DNA from: Octopus vulgaris
Taxonomy: Eukaryota
NCBI GenBank assembly: GCA_951406725.2
Contig: OX597815.1
Location: 20,212,001-20,276,000 of the forward strand
DNA length: 64,000 bases
Direction: 5' to 3'
Position numbers and translations under genes: made by a program. Below are positions 25,442 to 37,371 of this stretch, piece by piece (positions within the stretch are counted from its first letter, which is position 1; each line of letters begins with the position of its first letter). A model generated the notes under the pieces. It was not told where the DNA came from, did not search any database, and saw nothing but the letters and a program-made list of their open reading frames with translations.

Positions 25442-26789
25442 CATAATTTATGGGGGAAACGACGGAAGATGGATTAGTATGAGTCTTTATTTAGCCCGAC
25501 GATCATTTCGACCCATTCTGCAGCTGTCCTTTAGGGTTAGTGTATTGTGCATCTAGTTGTGTTGTATCAATTAGTGTAGACTGACATTTCAGGTGTTTTC
25601 TGCAAAAAATATGTATCTGCGTGTGCCTTTGTGTTTGTGTTTGTTGCTCCATCACAGTTTGACAACCGGTGTTAATTTGTTTACGTCCCCGTAACTTAGC
25701 AGTTCGGCGGCAAAAGTGACCGATAGAATAAGTACAAGGCTTAAGAAATAAGTTCTGGGGTTGATTTGTTCCACTAAAAAACCCTTGCGATCAACTACTT
25801 CAAAAATTTAAGTAAATATTATTCGAACGACAGTACTCAATAACATTAACTGATAAAAGAACAGAGCACACTTAATCAACAGATATTGAGGAATTGCGAA
25901 GAACAGAACACTTAAGATACTCTCAGTGTTTTGTTTTATGCATCAACACAGAAAAACGGAAATACACAACTTCATCAGAATATATCTTTACTGGGAGAAG
26001 CCAAAAAAGTACACTCAAAATACAAAGAATAATTGTAAGCAAAATATCATCAAAATTATTCAAGAAGGTACCAACTAGCACCAAATTATCTACTGAAAAT
26101 ACAATTCCAGCTAAATAATGTGATGCTCTTCCCATGCTAACCACTTTACAGCGTGTATTGGATGCTTTTGTCGTGCCACCAGCATTAGTGAGGTTGCCGT
26201 GAAGTTTGCAAAACTGTGAACGCCGAGGAACCAAACTTTGTGTCAAGCGATAAGAGGCAAAAGATGAGTAAAAGTATGAGAAAGGGCTAGAGCAGAACGC
26301 TTACTGACGAAGTGGGGGAACTCAATACTAACAGTAGTATTATAATACAAGCGTTCGCTGGGACTCCATGTTGTACTTAACGACTTATTCAGCCACTGTT
26401 ATCATATATGAGAAATTACGGGTTGTAGAATAGGAATGTTTTATGTTGTTGGCTGTTGAACAGTACAGACGAATGCATCGGATACTAACTGATCCAATGC
26501 AATCCTTCTTCGGGCATCGTTGTTGGAAAGGGGCTGGAGATATGGATTGGAGTAAAGAGAAAGAGTAGGGACAGATCTAAAGTTTTCCTCTTTACATGAA
26601 TGACATGGTACAGTGAATAGGAGAGGGGATGACAGAGAGATGACAAGATATCAAATAAGCAAGAGGGGAAGCAGAAAATAGCTTTTCAAGTTCAAAATGA
26701 ACGAAAAGCGTAGTTCTAGATATAAATTATACGGTCTAACTTCCATTACTACCCTCGTAGTTTAATTTATGTTTTATTATGTTTACATG

Positions 26790-28450
26790 AGCGATCGGAT
26801 CTTCTCCAGCACTGTGCAGCGCCAACCGTCACGGTCCCTTGTTCTCTCCGTCGTGAAATGTATATCTTCAAATCAGTCTTCATTTTGTTCCACATCTTCG
26901 ATCTCTCTTCCACAAATTCCATTTATTTTGAATATTCATAACTTCCTTATACGACTGTTAAGCATCCCATGCCCATACCAGCACAGTTTTCTTTCATGTA
27001 CACCACATCAGGTTCCTTTCATGTCTTCTCATTCGTAATCCGTCATTCATACACATTAACATTACACATCCAGCAAAGCATGCTCCAATTCTTTCTACTC
27101 TTTGCAAATCTCCTGCGTTCAAAACACGAGTCTCGCTGCCATACAGCGTTGCACTTCGTACACAGGCATTATACAGTCTTCCCTCCACTCTAAGAAAGAT
27201 CTTTGTTACTTCGAGGCAGTAGTGCTCAGAACTTTTAACTGTCCATTCTTACTCTGGCTATGCTTTCAGAACACTCATTTTTACTTTTAATCAGAGGTTA
27301 TCAGCGATTTTAAGGAAGTCACCTAAGTATTTTGAGAGAATCTATTCCTTGAGTGTTCTAAGTGATTATTGGCTCAGGTCTGTATTCTTCATACGATGCC
27401 TACCTTCTCAGTTAATTTATCTGTAATCCCACAGTGCCTCTTCTACATCCATTGATTACACTGGGCCACTGTATAGAATTTCTGCTTGCTCCCTTTTTTT
27501 TTTCTTTTTTTCATACCAACCACTGCCATTTATCTGTTGGTAGCTGGATCTTATCTTCTTTTCGTCTTTGCTAAGCGTTGCATCTCGACTTCACATTTTG
27601 ATTTCATGTCAGGACTCTCTTTTCGAAATTTTCTATACATTCTACTACAAGACCAAGGGTATCGGCATGTAAATGTTCCCATAGACAGACGATCTTAAAC
27701 TTCTCTATTATGGATTTTGGGAGCTATATTAAGCAGAAGGCAGCTGAAAATTGTGCCCTGTTGGACCCTAGCCAGAGGCTAGATTTGTCACTCAACTCAT
27801 TACTCTTTCCTTGCTGTCTGCATTTCTACACATGGTTTGCATCGCCTTCACAAGCCATGTACAGAAATGCATCCACCCATAGGTTCCTTAGTGACCACTT
27901 CACCACAGAGGGACAAACAATATCAAAGCCTTCTACAAGTCAACGAATGCTAAGTGTAGCTATGTACTTCTGAAATTTTTCTCACTAAGCATATGGCATA
28001 AAACCGAACTGCATCTCGTTCAAGCTAATCCTGTTCCATATAAGTTTTGCAAGAACCCTTTCCATAATTCATAACCTGAGCCAATGATTTGACACCTGAG
28101 TAGTTTCTTTTCTCTAATGTCCTTGTAGCAATTTATGATAACACTACTCTGTCAGTTAATGGGTATAACACCTTCATGTGTTACTTGACTGGCTATTCAA
28201 GTAACTAGGACATGTTGTACTTCAGATATTTTAATCATCTCATCGACTGTCTCTGATCGGTCAGCTAGTTTCACTGCCTTCATATTGTCAGTCACTCTAT
28301 CTACTATACTGCTGTCAATTTGGATGATTGGTAGGTTCTTGAAGTAGATTTTTTTCAATATTTCATAATAGAACTTCTATATCTCTTTTCAGCAATAGTA
28401 ACAACAAGTATGCCCCCAATTTTTCTGAATATACTTCTCTCCAATGGTAT
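26790..28450 (-). mobile_element. Heavily decayed RTE LINE (RT region and 3' end)
   Basis: GRLYNACVRSATLYGSET in ORF 26994-27188; a QFGFMP-coding stretch near 28000; many stops and frameshifts. Confidence 0.7.
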
Positions 28451-28787
28451 GCCAATTTTTTTCTGGTACACTGCCTTGCAAGTTTTAAGAATGCAAAGAG
28501 AAGTAAGTCCATTAACTTGTCATGTTGGTTCTCCATGAATGGTGATCAAAAGTCAAATGTGGAGTGATATGGGATAAGGGGCTGTAAATTGTGTTCATGG
28601 GTTGTGACATGTGTGAGGAACTGTGTCAATGGTTAATATAGTCATTGTTATATATGTGCCTCATTTAACACATGCCACCTGCTAATCATTGATTAGGTCA
28701 CTGATGATACAGACAGTGACTTTGATAATAGTTGCACAATACCTGTTAATGCCCCTGCATTTGTCAGGTGTTTTTTGAATGATAATA

Positions 28788-28830
<43 letters not shown>

Positions 28831-29370
28831 ATACCTTTCAAACTAACAGCCATCTTCTCTCCAACAGATTTGAAAGGGAAGTATTTGACCTAAATTATCA
28901 GGACCAATTAAATATTTCTCAGGTAACATTTCTATATCTTTTTATTGTTATTACTGAAATATAATGTTTCATCTGCATTACTATATATAGCCTTCTAATA
29001 ACACGAGTTATGTATATGTGACTGAAGATGTACATAAATATATGACATACACAACGACAATGTTGGTTGATTTTCCTTAGTTGTTGTGATGTATCAGATG
29101 GTGAAGGACTGCAACAAGTAGTGAAATGTTGTGAGAACCATCCAGCATGTTCCAGCATGGAAAAATGAATTTGAAATGATGATGATGATGATGGTGATGG
29201 TGATGATTATGGCAATAGATATGTGTATGCATGAAGACAGAAGGTTAAATAGCAAGAGAGAAAGATAGGAGCATAGAAAAAAAACATAGCTCAGAAAATG
29301 CAAACTATTGGGAGTGATAAATTCATGGAAATAATAAGTTGGTTATAACAATACAATCAGTGGAATGTAT

Positions 29371-29376
29371 TTTATT
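29371..29376 (-). promoter_or_regulatory. Candidate polyadenylation signal (AATAAA) of the HSF-like gene
   Basis: TTTATT on the + strand ~350 nt beyond the stop codon; weak evidence in AT-rich DNA. Confidence 0.3.
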
Positions 29377-29727
29377 AGCAACAAATAAACCTGTACAATG
29401 AATGTGATATATCTTAATAATAATGATTCTCACCCAGGTACTAGGCCACAAATTTGATAGAAAATGGATAGTTAATTATATCAACCCCAGTGTTTTACTG
29501 GTAATTATTTTTTCAACCTCAGAAGGATGAATGGCAAAGTCAGCCTTGGTGGGGATTTGAACTCGGAATGCAGAGAGTCATAACTAAATACTTCAAGCCA
29601 TTTTGTTCACCACTCAACCAATTCTGCTGTCTACCACTCATAATAATAATAAACAATAACTTAAGTAACTTTAAAAGTAAACACAACAATATAACAACAA
29701 CAATAATAAACAATGAACAAATATCGG

Positions 29728-30288
29728 CTATTTGATATTATTGTTATAATACTGAGGAAAGAAAATATACTGGTTTTTATAAACTGGTATTTCACAGTTA
29801 TAGCTGCCATTGTGGTTACCATAATTCTGAGTCAATGTTTCTAAAGGTTGCCAAGATGTTGGTCTTTCATACAGAACATCTTTATTCAAAAGAGGTTTGG
29901 TAAATTTTGAAGAGAGATTCATACCTGTTTGGTGTTCAGAACAAATATCTATTTGAGACAATGAATGACTTTCCTGCTGAGATTGTTGCTGTTGCATATG
30001 ACCATCATCTCTAGATGATAGTTCCTTACTTTTTATACCAACAAGCATTTCATTATCTCCACTAACAAAGCAGTTCTCTTGCATAATATTAGCCTGGTTA
30101 ACGATACCATAGTAAATATTCTTGTTGGCTTTGATGTTATTCTCCTTTATGATATCATTACCACCGTTCTCTGCATACGCCAATGCAGAATGTTCATACT
30201 CAGCAAGAGAATTGGTGGATGGAATATTTTCTTTATCTTTCTCTGGAATTGAGAAATCTTTGTAATCAGCAGCAAAGTGTGTATGTAT
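29728..30288 (-). CDS. HSF5-like gene, terminal coding exon (IHTHFAADYKDF...YYNNNIK*)
   Basis: Acceptor TTTTTTTTGTTTTCTAG ending at 30289; phase 0; open for 186 codons to TAG; in frame with ORF 29728-30183. Confidence 0.72.
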   Translation of the reverse strand: MHTHFAADYKDFSIPEKDKENIPSTNSLAEYEHSALAYAENGGNDIIKENNIKANKNIYYGIVNQANIMQENCFVSGDNEMLVGIKSKELSSRDDGHMQQQQSQQESHSLSQIDICSEHQTGMNLSSKFTKPLLNKDVLYERPTSWQPLETLTQNYGNHNGSYNCEIPVYKNQYIFFPQYYNNNIK

Positions 30289-30450
30289 CTAGAAAACAAA
30301 AAAAAAACAAAAAATTGAAAAATACTCTAGTCTATAAAAGATTTTAAAACATAAATGATATAAAATAACTGACAAATAATCAGTATTGATTATCATAAGT
30401 GCAAAATTTTGCATATCAGAAAATGTATTACATGAATTATTTGAAATTCT

Positions 30451-30481
<31 letters not shown>

Positions 30482-30652
30482 TTGGATTTTACTCAAAGGA
30501 TATTGGAATATTGCATATATACCATTATGCCTATAAAACGGATTTACAAATTCAATACCCATACATATCTTACATCTATTTTCTTTCCTCCACCTCACTC
30601 TCTATTTTGTATCACATCTTAACTAACTATGACTTAACTTTCCTCTCACACT

Positions 30653-30704
30653 GTCTCCAATGAAGGGATATTATTAATTAATATCCTAGAAACAGCTGTA
30701 AGAC
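30653..30704 (+). ncRNA. Minimal hammerhead-like motif with a decayed core (CCAAUGA)
   Basis: GTCT-CCAATGA-AG-GGATATTA(TTAAT)TAATATCC-TA-GAAA-CAGCTG-TA-AGAC: stem I GTCT/AGAC, 8-bp stem II, palindromic stem III ACAGCTGT, GUA triplet. Confidence 0.65.
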
Positions 30705-30801
30705 CTTCTATCTATAAATGCTCTATCTATACAGCCTTGGTTTTTTTTATCTTATTATGCAAAAAATTCATATATATATATATATATATATATACATACA
30801 G

Positions 30802-30887
30802 GTATATATTTATGGATAACCAATATGCTAGAAGAAGATCTTCTAGCATATTGGTTATCCACCTAGTGGTTATCCATAAATATATAC
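30802..30887. repeat. Fold-back with perfect 23-bp arms (30813-30835 / 30839-30861) and an alternative 21-bp partner (30867-30887)
   Basis: TGGATAACCAATATGCTAGAAGA-AGA-TCTTCTAGCATATTGGTTATCCA. Confidence 0.85.
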
Positions 30888-31755
30888 ATGTATTGAAATT
30901 TTTTCTGATTTTTCAGATTTTTTTATATATGCTAGGCTACTGGTTTTAAATTGATATTAATTAGATTAATATTCAATTTATCTCCCTCATTATATATATA
31001 TATATCAGCCTCATGTGGCACCTGTGTCGGTGGCACATAAAAAGCACCCACTACACTCACGTAGTGGTTGGCGTTAGGAAGGGCATCCAGCTGTAGAAAC
31101 ACTGCCAGATCTGACTGGGCCTGGTGCAGCTTTGGGCTTCCCAGACCCCAGTTGAACCGTCCAACCCATGCTAGCATGGAAAGCGGACGTTAAACGATGA
31201 TGATGATGATATATATATATATATATAAATGCCAAAACGAATTTCTGTGTCACACTTTGACCCCGCTCTCTCACTATTCAAGGACACTTCCCTTATTCCT
31301 CGTGATGGGAGTGAGAGTAACAGTAAGCATAGAGATGGTAGTAGATTGACGGTTGTGATGGTAATGGAGTGATAGTTATAGTACTAGCTGTAATTGTGAT
31401 AGAGGCAGAGGTGACAGTGATGTTAGTGGTGGTGATCAGTCAGGGATGACGGTGATATTAAGCAATGTGAAAGAGAGTGGTGATGGTGATGGAGGGGAAG
31501 GCAGCAAAGTCAAAGGTATTGATGGTGGTGGTGGTACTGGTGATGGTGAGGGCTGAAAACAATCAACAGAAAGAGAGAGAAAGAAACAGGTTAGACAGGG
31601 AAAAAAAATTGTACTGACCCCTAAATGGAAGACAAAAATGTTGTTTATCATGCAGCTTTGCAATAAGTTCTAAGTCGACAAATTATGTCATTGTTTTGAT
31701 GAAAATTGTTCATTGCTTCAAAAATATTAGTCAAGTTTAATAAAAGTTCATGAGT

Positions 31756-32165
31756 AGGCGCAGGAGTGGCTGTGTGGTAAGTAGCTTGTTTACCAACCAC
31801 ATGGTTCCGGGTTCAGTCCCACTGCGTGGCACCTTGGGCAAGTGTCTTCTACTATAGCCTCGGGCCGACCAAAGCCTTGTGAGTGGATTTGGTAGACGGA
31901 AACTGAAAGGAGCCCGTCGTATATATGTATATATATGCGTGTGTGTGTGTTTGTGTGTCTGTGTTTGTCCCCCTAGCATTGCTTGACAACCGATGCTGGT
32001 GTGTTTATGTCCCCGTTACTTAGCGGTTCGGCAAAAGACACCGATAGAATAAGTACTGGGCTTACAAAAGAATAAGTCCCGGGGTCGAGTTGCTCGATTA
32101 AAGGTGGTGCTCCAGCATGGCCGCAGTCAACTGACTGAAACAAGTAAAAGAGTAAAAGAGTAAAG
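31756..32165 (+). mobile_element. SINE family A (further intronic copies at ~33756-33925, ~41498-41910, ~50497-50895, all plus strand)
   Basis: Full-length match to family A. Confidence 0.9.
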
Positions 32166-33169
32166 TACTATATTTCCTCCTCTAAGCCATACAGACAAAT
32201 AAAAGGAAAACACTACATGTTATAGTACACAGGATGATACTCAACCAGGTGAAGGGTTAGTACAGCTGTAGCATTTATTTTTGGATCCCTGAATATCATT
32301 TGGCTAAAAGTATGAGCATTATCAATCAGAGCAAACTATGGATAGACTGCAACCAGAGCATATAAACGATTTTTTTTTTTTGCCTTTCATCTTTTCGAGG
32401 TCAAATACCAGTTATGCACTGGGGTCGATATAATCGACTTAATCCATTTGTCTGTCCTTGTTTGTCCCCTCTGTGTGTAGCCCCTTGTGGACATTAAAGA
32501 AATAATAATTAGAAACATTAATGTTAAATCAGTACAGCAAAAGAGAAACATAAATATATTGAATGATTAACGTGTGAGGGACGGAAAGAGATTTTAGTAA
32601 TGAATTTGTAGTATTCTGTGTTGATGAACAATGAATGGTATAGAGCAGGGAGTCGCTAGAGTTGTTCAAAATAGCAGCTAAATGCCCCTCAAACTTTACA
32701 TAACAATATAATATTAGATAATGTTGTCTTTTATATTCCTACAATGTCAAAATGGTCACAGCTGGGATGCCTTTGAACATGGTTCTCCAGAAAAAAAAAG
32801 ATGGTAGCCTGGGGTTAAACAACAATAACAAAAACAACACATGCATGTTACAAAGAGTCTCTACATTGTCTACCTGCTAGAAATAGCAGCCAAATCGGCC
32901 TTTTGCAGAATACCCAAGTAAAATAATGAAAGTAATGTGTATTCAATAACTTGAAAAGAGTTCATATATTGCTATTGCTTGATGTTCTGAAACATTATCA
33001 ATTAAAGTATAAATTTATATTAATGTATTTGGTATAACCAAGCACCACCAGTATAAGAATATAATAAACACTTGTAGCTTATATTTGGAGCAACATTCTC
33101 AGTCTTTAAGACATAATTAGAACTAAAGCACTTCAAAGTTTTACAGGAATGTTCTTTGGAAATTTCTTT

Positions 33170-33512
33170 GGAAATGACACCCAAGAACATTAATATATTT
33201 CACCAGCCACAATTTCTGGATTCCTAATTCCCCTAATTGCAATCCCATGGACTACTATCTGTGAGAGGCTGAGTTGGGGGCCAAGATCAAGGAGATGTTT
33301 GAAGATCTGAGGCGGAAAGTATGCACCAGGTTCTGGAACCATCTTGAGGTTATGGCAGAAGCTGAGGGTGGATACTTCGAGGAAACAGTTATCTCTCAGC
33401 TATTATCTAGTTGATATTCTTTGAATTTTTTTTTTAATACTTTTATTTTTGGATGGTATAGTTTGCTTTCTTTTCCTTTTATGCAAATTGTCGAATTTTG
33501 CAAGAACACTCT
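33170..33512 (+). mobile_element. Internally deleted Tc1/mariner (DD37D/maT-like) transposase relic
   Basis: Translates to FWIPNSPNCNPMDYYL and CTRFWNHLEVMAEAEGGYFE, matching the WPPNSPDxNPxD and GGYFE C-terminal motifs. Confidence 0.7.
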
Positions 33513-33524
33513 ATATATATATAT

Positions 33525-33722
33525 ATTTATTATATAGAAGGAGCTTCTACAGGACTAGAACTGTTTCATTCAAGAGAAATCATCAGGAAGCTTCCTGATG
33601 ATTTCTCTTGAATGAAACAGTTCTAGTCCTGTAGAAGCTCCTTCTATATAATAAATTAATTTTACTCTGCTATGTATTGAGTACCTTATTTACTGTGGTT
33701 AACCCCGAATCAACCCGGGACC

Positions 33723-33726
<4 letters not shown>
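33525..33726 (+). mobile_element. Penelope-like pseudo-LTR end with a 132-bp perfect palindrome (33525-33656)
   Basis: 66-bp arms, no spacer, centre AAG|CTT at 33590/33591; unique ~70-bp tail; (TA)n on both sides; second copy at 60994-61191. Confidence 0.75.
33589..33639 (+). ncRNA. Type I hammerhead ribozyme motif with canonical core (mirrored on the minus strand by the palindrome)
   Basis: AGCTTC-CTGATGA-T-TTC(TCTT)GAA-T-GAAA-CAG(TTCTAGTC)CTG-TA-GAAGCT; predicted cleavage after GUA. Confidence 0.8.
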
Positions 33727-33758
<32 letters not shown>

Positions 33759-34026
33759 CGTAGGAGTGGCTATGTGGTATGTAGCTTGCTTACGAACCAC
33801 ATAGTACCGGGTTCAGTCCTACTGCGTGGCACTTTGGGCAAGTGTCTTCTATTATAGCCTCGGGCCAACCAAAGCCTTGTGAGTGGATTTTGTAGACGGA
33901 AACTGAAAGAAGCTTGTCGTATATATGTATATAATGAAAAGTGTGGAAGCACATGGCTTAGTGGTTAGGGAATTCGGCTCATGATTGTAGGGTTGTGAGT
34001 TCAATTGGATGGGGGGCGGTTTGCTC

Positions 34027-34097
<71 letters not shown>

Positions 34098-35029
34098 AGC
34101 ACATTGACATACATCTAATCTTGTAACTGGTTTTTTTTTTACTTCATTCATTTCATTCTTATTAAACATTCTTCTTTGTAAATTTTTTATTCAACATCCT
34201 CTTTGCTAATCTGACGAATCGTTTAATTGATCTTACACTGCTCTGCCCTATATAACGAAATATATATATGTATATTCATATTTTCGCCCCAAATGAAATT
34301 TACAAGGGACTTAACTCTGAAACAAAGCATTAACTTCCGAGAGTTATCTTCCAGACTATAATTGCTTGCTGTAATTTTTTGTTTTACTTTTTACTTTGTG
34401 TCAGGTCGTATTAGTTCTTTTGTTAATATTCTACTGCTAGTGTGAAGTCATATTCTTGGCAAAACATTCAAGGTTGATTACATACGGGCTACTGTCTGGT
34501 TATGTTATTGTTTTCTAAGTATGAACTACTCTTTCTGAATGGAGCTGTGATAAAGGCTGTGTAATTATAGTTTTAGATAATCTATCAGTTATAAAGGCCT
34601 GGAAAGACGAATTGGAAGGATTGATATTTAGAGCCTTTGCTTATAAATATTCATAACGCATGTCACAAACGTATATACATTATGTAGATATATAAATGCT
34701 AGCTGTTTGGATTTACCAAATGATCTAATTGAGTTGCTATGTCATAGAAACAGTCATAACAATGATAAAAATCATCATCATCTGACACTGCATGTGATTC
34801 AGTTTTCCTTAATTTATATATTAGCTTCTATTGAAATGTTCTATTGTTTTGAACATAAAAAGCAATAATGTGTAATGCTTTCTCATAATGGTACCAAGAA
34901 AAATGTAATAAGCATACTTATATTAATATTTGTAAAGTATTTCTCAAAATAGCATATTTCTTCAGAGCAAAGAAGCTTTCTGACTACACACACGCACACA
35001 CACATATTTGTGTGTGTATGTGTGTGTGT

Positions 35030-35260
35030 GTTTCAGTCATGTGACTGTGGCCATGCTGGAGCACTACCTTTAGTCAAGCAAATCAACTCCAGGATTTATT
35101 CTTCGTAAGCCTAGTACTTATTCTAAGTTACAGGGACGTAAACACAGAGAATAAGTACTTGGCTTACAAAGAATAAGTCCTGGGGTCGATTTGCTTGACT
35201 AAAGGCAGTGCTCCAGCATGGCCACAGTCAAATGACTGAAACAAGTAAAAGACTAAAAGA
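35030..35260. repeat. Two family A SINE tails fused in inverted orientation (~95-bp arms, ~23-nt spacer)
   Basis: TGTTTCAGTCA...AGTACTTATTCT / AGAATAAGTACT...TGACTGAAACA. Confidence 0.85.
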
Positions 35261-35314
35261 ATATATATATAATTTATTATATACATAATTTATTATATAT
35301 GTATATATAGCTTA

Positions 35315-36620
35315 TTATCATCATCATCATCATCATCGTTTAATGTCTGCTTTCCATGCTAGCATGGGTTGGACGATTTGACTGAGGTCTGGCAAACCAG
35401 ATGGCTGCACCAGGCTCCAATCTGATCAGGCAGAGTTTCCACAGCTGGATGCCCTTCCTAACTCCAACCACTCTGAGAGTGTAGTGGGTGCTTTTACATG
35501 CCAGTCATGTGGTACTGGCAATGGCCACGCTTAAATGGTGTTTTTTACATGCCACCTGCACAGGATCCAGTCCAGCGGCACTGGTAAAGACCTCGCACAA
35601 ATGTTTTTTTCACATACCAGCAGCACAGGTGCCAGTAAGGCGGTGCTGATAACAATCACACTCGAATGGTGCTTTTTAGGTGCCACTGGCATGGAAGCCA
35701 GTTTGCTGCTCTGGCAACGATCACACACGGATGGTGCTCTTAGTGCTCCACTAGCATGGATACCTGTCATTGAATTTGATTTCGATTTCATTTTCACTTG
35801 CCTCAACAGGCCTTCACAAGCAGAGTTTAGTGTCCAATGAAGGAAAGGTATGCATAAGTGGGCTGGTTATACCACTGGTTATGATCTCACTTGGCGTGCC
35901 GGATTTTCTCAAGCACAGCATATTTCTAAAGGTCTCAGTTACTAGTCATTGCTGTCAGTGAGGCCTAATGATCGAAGGTCATGCTTCACCACCTCATCCC
36001 AGGTCTTCCTGGGTCTACCTCTTCCACAGGTTGTCTCAACCGCTAGGGTGTGGCACTTTTTCACACAACTATCTTCATCCATTCTCGCCACATGACCATA
36101 CCAGCGCAAATGTCTCTCTTGCACACCACAACTGATGCTTCTTAGGTCCAACTTTTCTCTCAAGGCACTTACACTCTGTCGAGTATGCACACTGACATTA
36201 CACATCCATCGGAGCATACTGGCTTCATTCCTTGCAAGCTTACGCATGTCCTCAGCAGTCACGGCCCATGTTTCACTGCCATGTAGCATGGCTATTCGTA
36301 ACACATGCGTCATACAGTCTACCTTTTACTCTGAGTGAGAGGCCCTTTGTGATCAGCAGAAGTAAGAGTTCTCTGAACTTTGCCCAGGCTATTCTTTTTC
36401 TAGCAGCTACACTTTCAGCGCACCCTCCCCGGCTACTGACTTGTTCACCAAGGTAATGGAAGCTATCAACTACTTTTTCTCCCTGGAATGTGGCGGAAGT
36501 TGTTCTCTGCACATTTTCAGCATTTATTGCTCCTGAACTTCTGCCACATACAAAAACTATCTTCCCAGTTAGCCTTCCTTTGATATTGCTGCACCTCTTA
36601 TGTGTCCATAGCTTACACTG
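35315..36620 (-). mobile_element. 5'-truncated RTE LINE (ORF C-terminus, repeat-containing 3' UTR, (GAT)n tail)
   Basis: RIAWAKFREL, KGRLYDACV, LHGSETW, LRWYGHVARM, GRGRPRKTW in ORFs 36273-36512 and 35942-36313. Confidence 0.9.
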
Positions 36621-37185
36621 GTCTAAAATTTAACATTTACACAAGTATATAAGGTATATATACATATATATGTTTCCTGCACCAGCTTCACATAGAAGCC
36701 CCAGCCCATCCAAAGTGCCTTGGATCACAGGACAGCCTGCTGTGCTTACCTTGGATCATAGGGCAACCTGCTGTGCTTGAGGAGACCTATTGAATCAAGT
36801 ACATCAACATCAAAAATCAAATGGAAATTGCAGTTGTGATACCTGTGCCAGTGGCATGTAAAAAGCACCATCCGAACGTGGCCAATGCCAGCGCCGCCTT
36901 GACTGGCTTCCGTACCGGTGGCACGTAAAAAGCACCAACTGATTGTGGCCGTTACCAGCCTCCCCTGGCACCTGTGCCAGTGGCACATAAAAAGCACCCA
37001 CTACACTCACGGAGTGGTTGGCGTTAGGAAGGGCATCCAGCTGTAGAAACACTGCCAGATCAGACTGGAGCCTGGTGCAGCCTCCTGGCTTCCCAGACCC
37101 CAGTCGAACCATCCAACCCATGCTAGCATGGAAAACGGACATTAAACGATGATGATGATACACATATATACATACATACATATAT

Positions 37186-37218
<33 letters not shown>

Positions 37219-37336
37219 CATACATACATACATATAGAGTTAATCCAAACAAGAAAGCACAAAAAAACACAACAACGTGAGGACGTGGAACAAATATAGT
37301 ATTATTGGACACTCAGGAAAGAAGGAAAGAAGGAGG

Positions 37337-37371
37337 GTTTAACGTTTCGAGCGGAGCTCTTCGTCAGAAAC
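37337..37371 (-). ncRNA. Minimal type I hammerhead ribozyme motif, canonical core, in a Penelope-like end (~37235-37450)
   Basis: Minus strand GTTT-CTGACGA-A-GAGC(TCC)GCTC-GAAA-CG-TT-AAAC; palindromic stem III ACGT. Confidence 0.78.

Noticed and set aside
25894-26246. Overlapping 74-aa and 107-aa ORFs, one hydrophobic
   Set aside because: No domain recognised; the composition is explained by A-rich strand bias and an adjacent decayed RTE 3' UTR fragment.
34205-34270. Additional hammerhead candidate (CTGACGA...GAAATATATA)
   Set aside because: Core words are present but stem I cannot be formed and stem II is marginal.
36840-37000. CRISPR-like array (palindromic ~25-bp repeat with variable spacers)
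   Set aside because: The spacers are homologous to each other, the array is part of an RTE 3' UTR present many times in the window, there are no cas genes and the DNA is eukaryotic.
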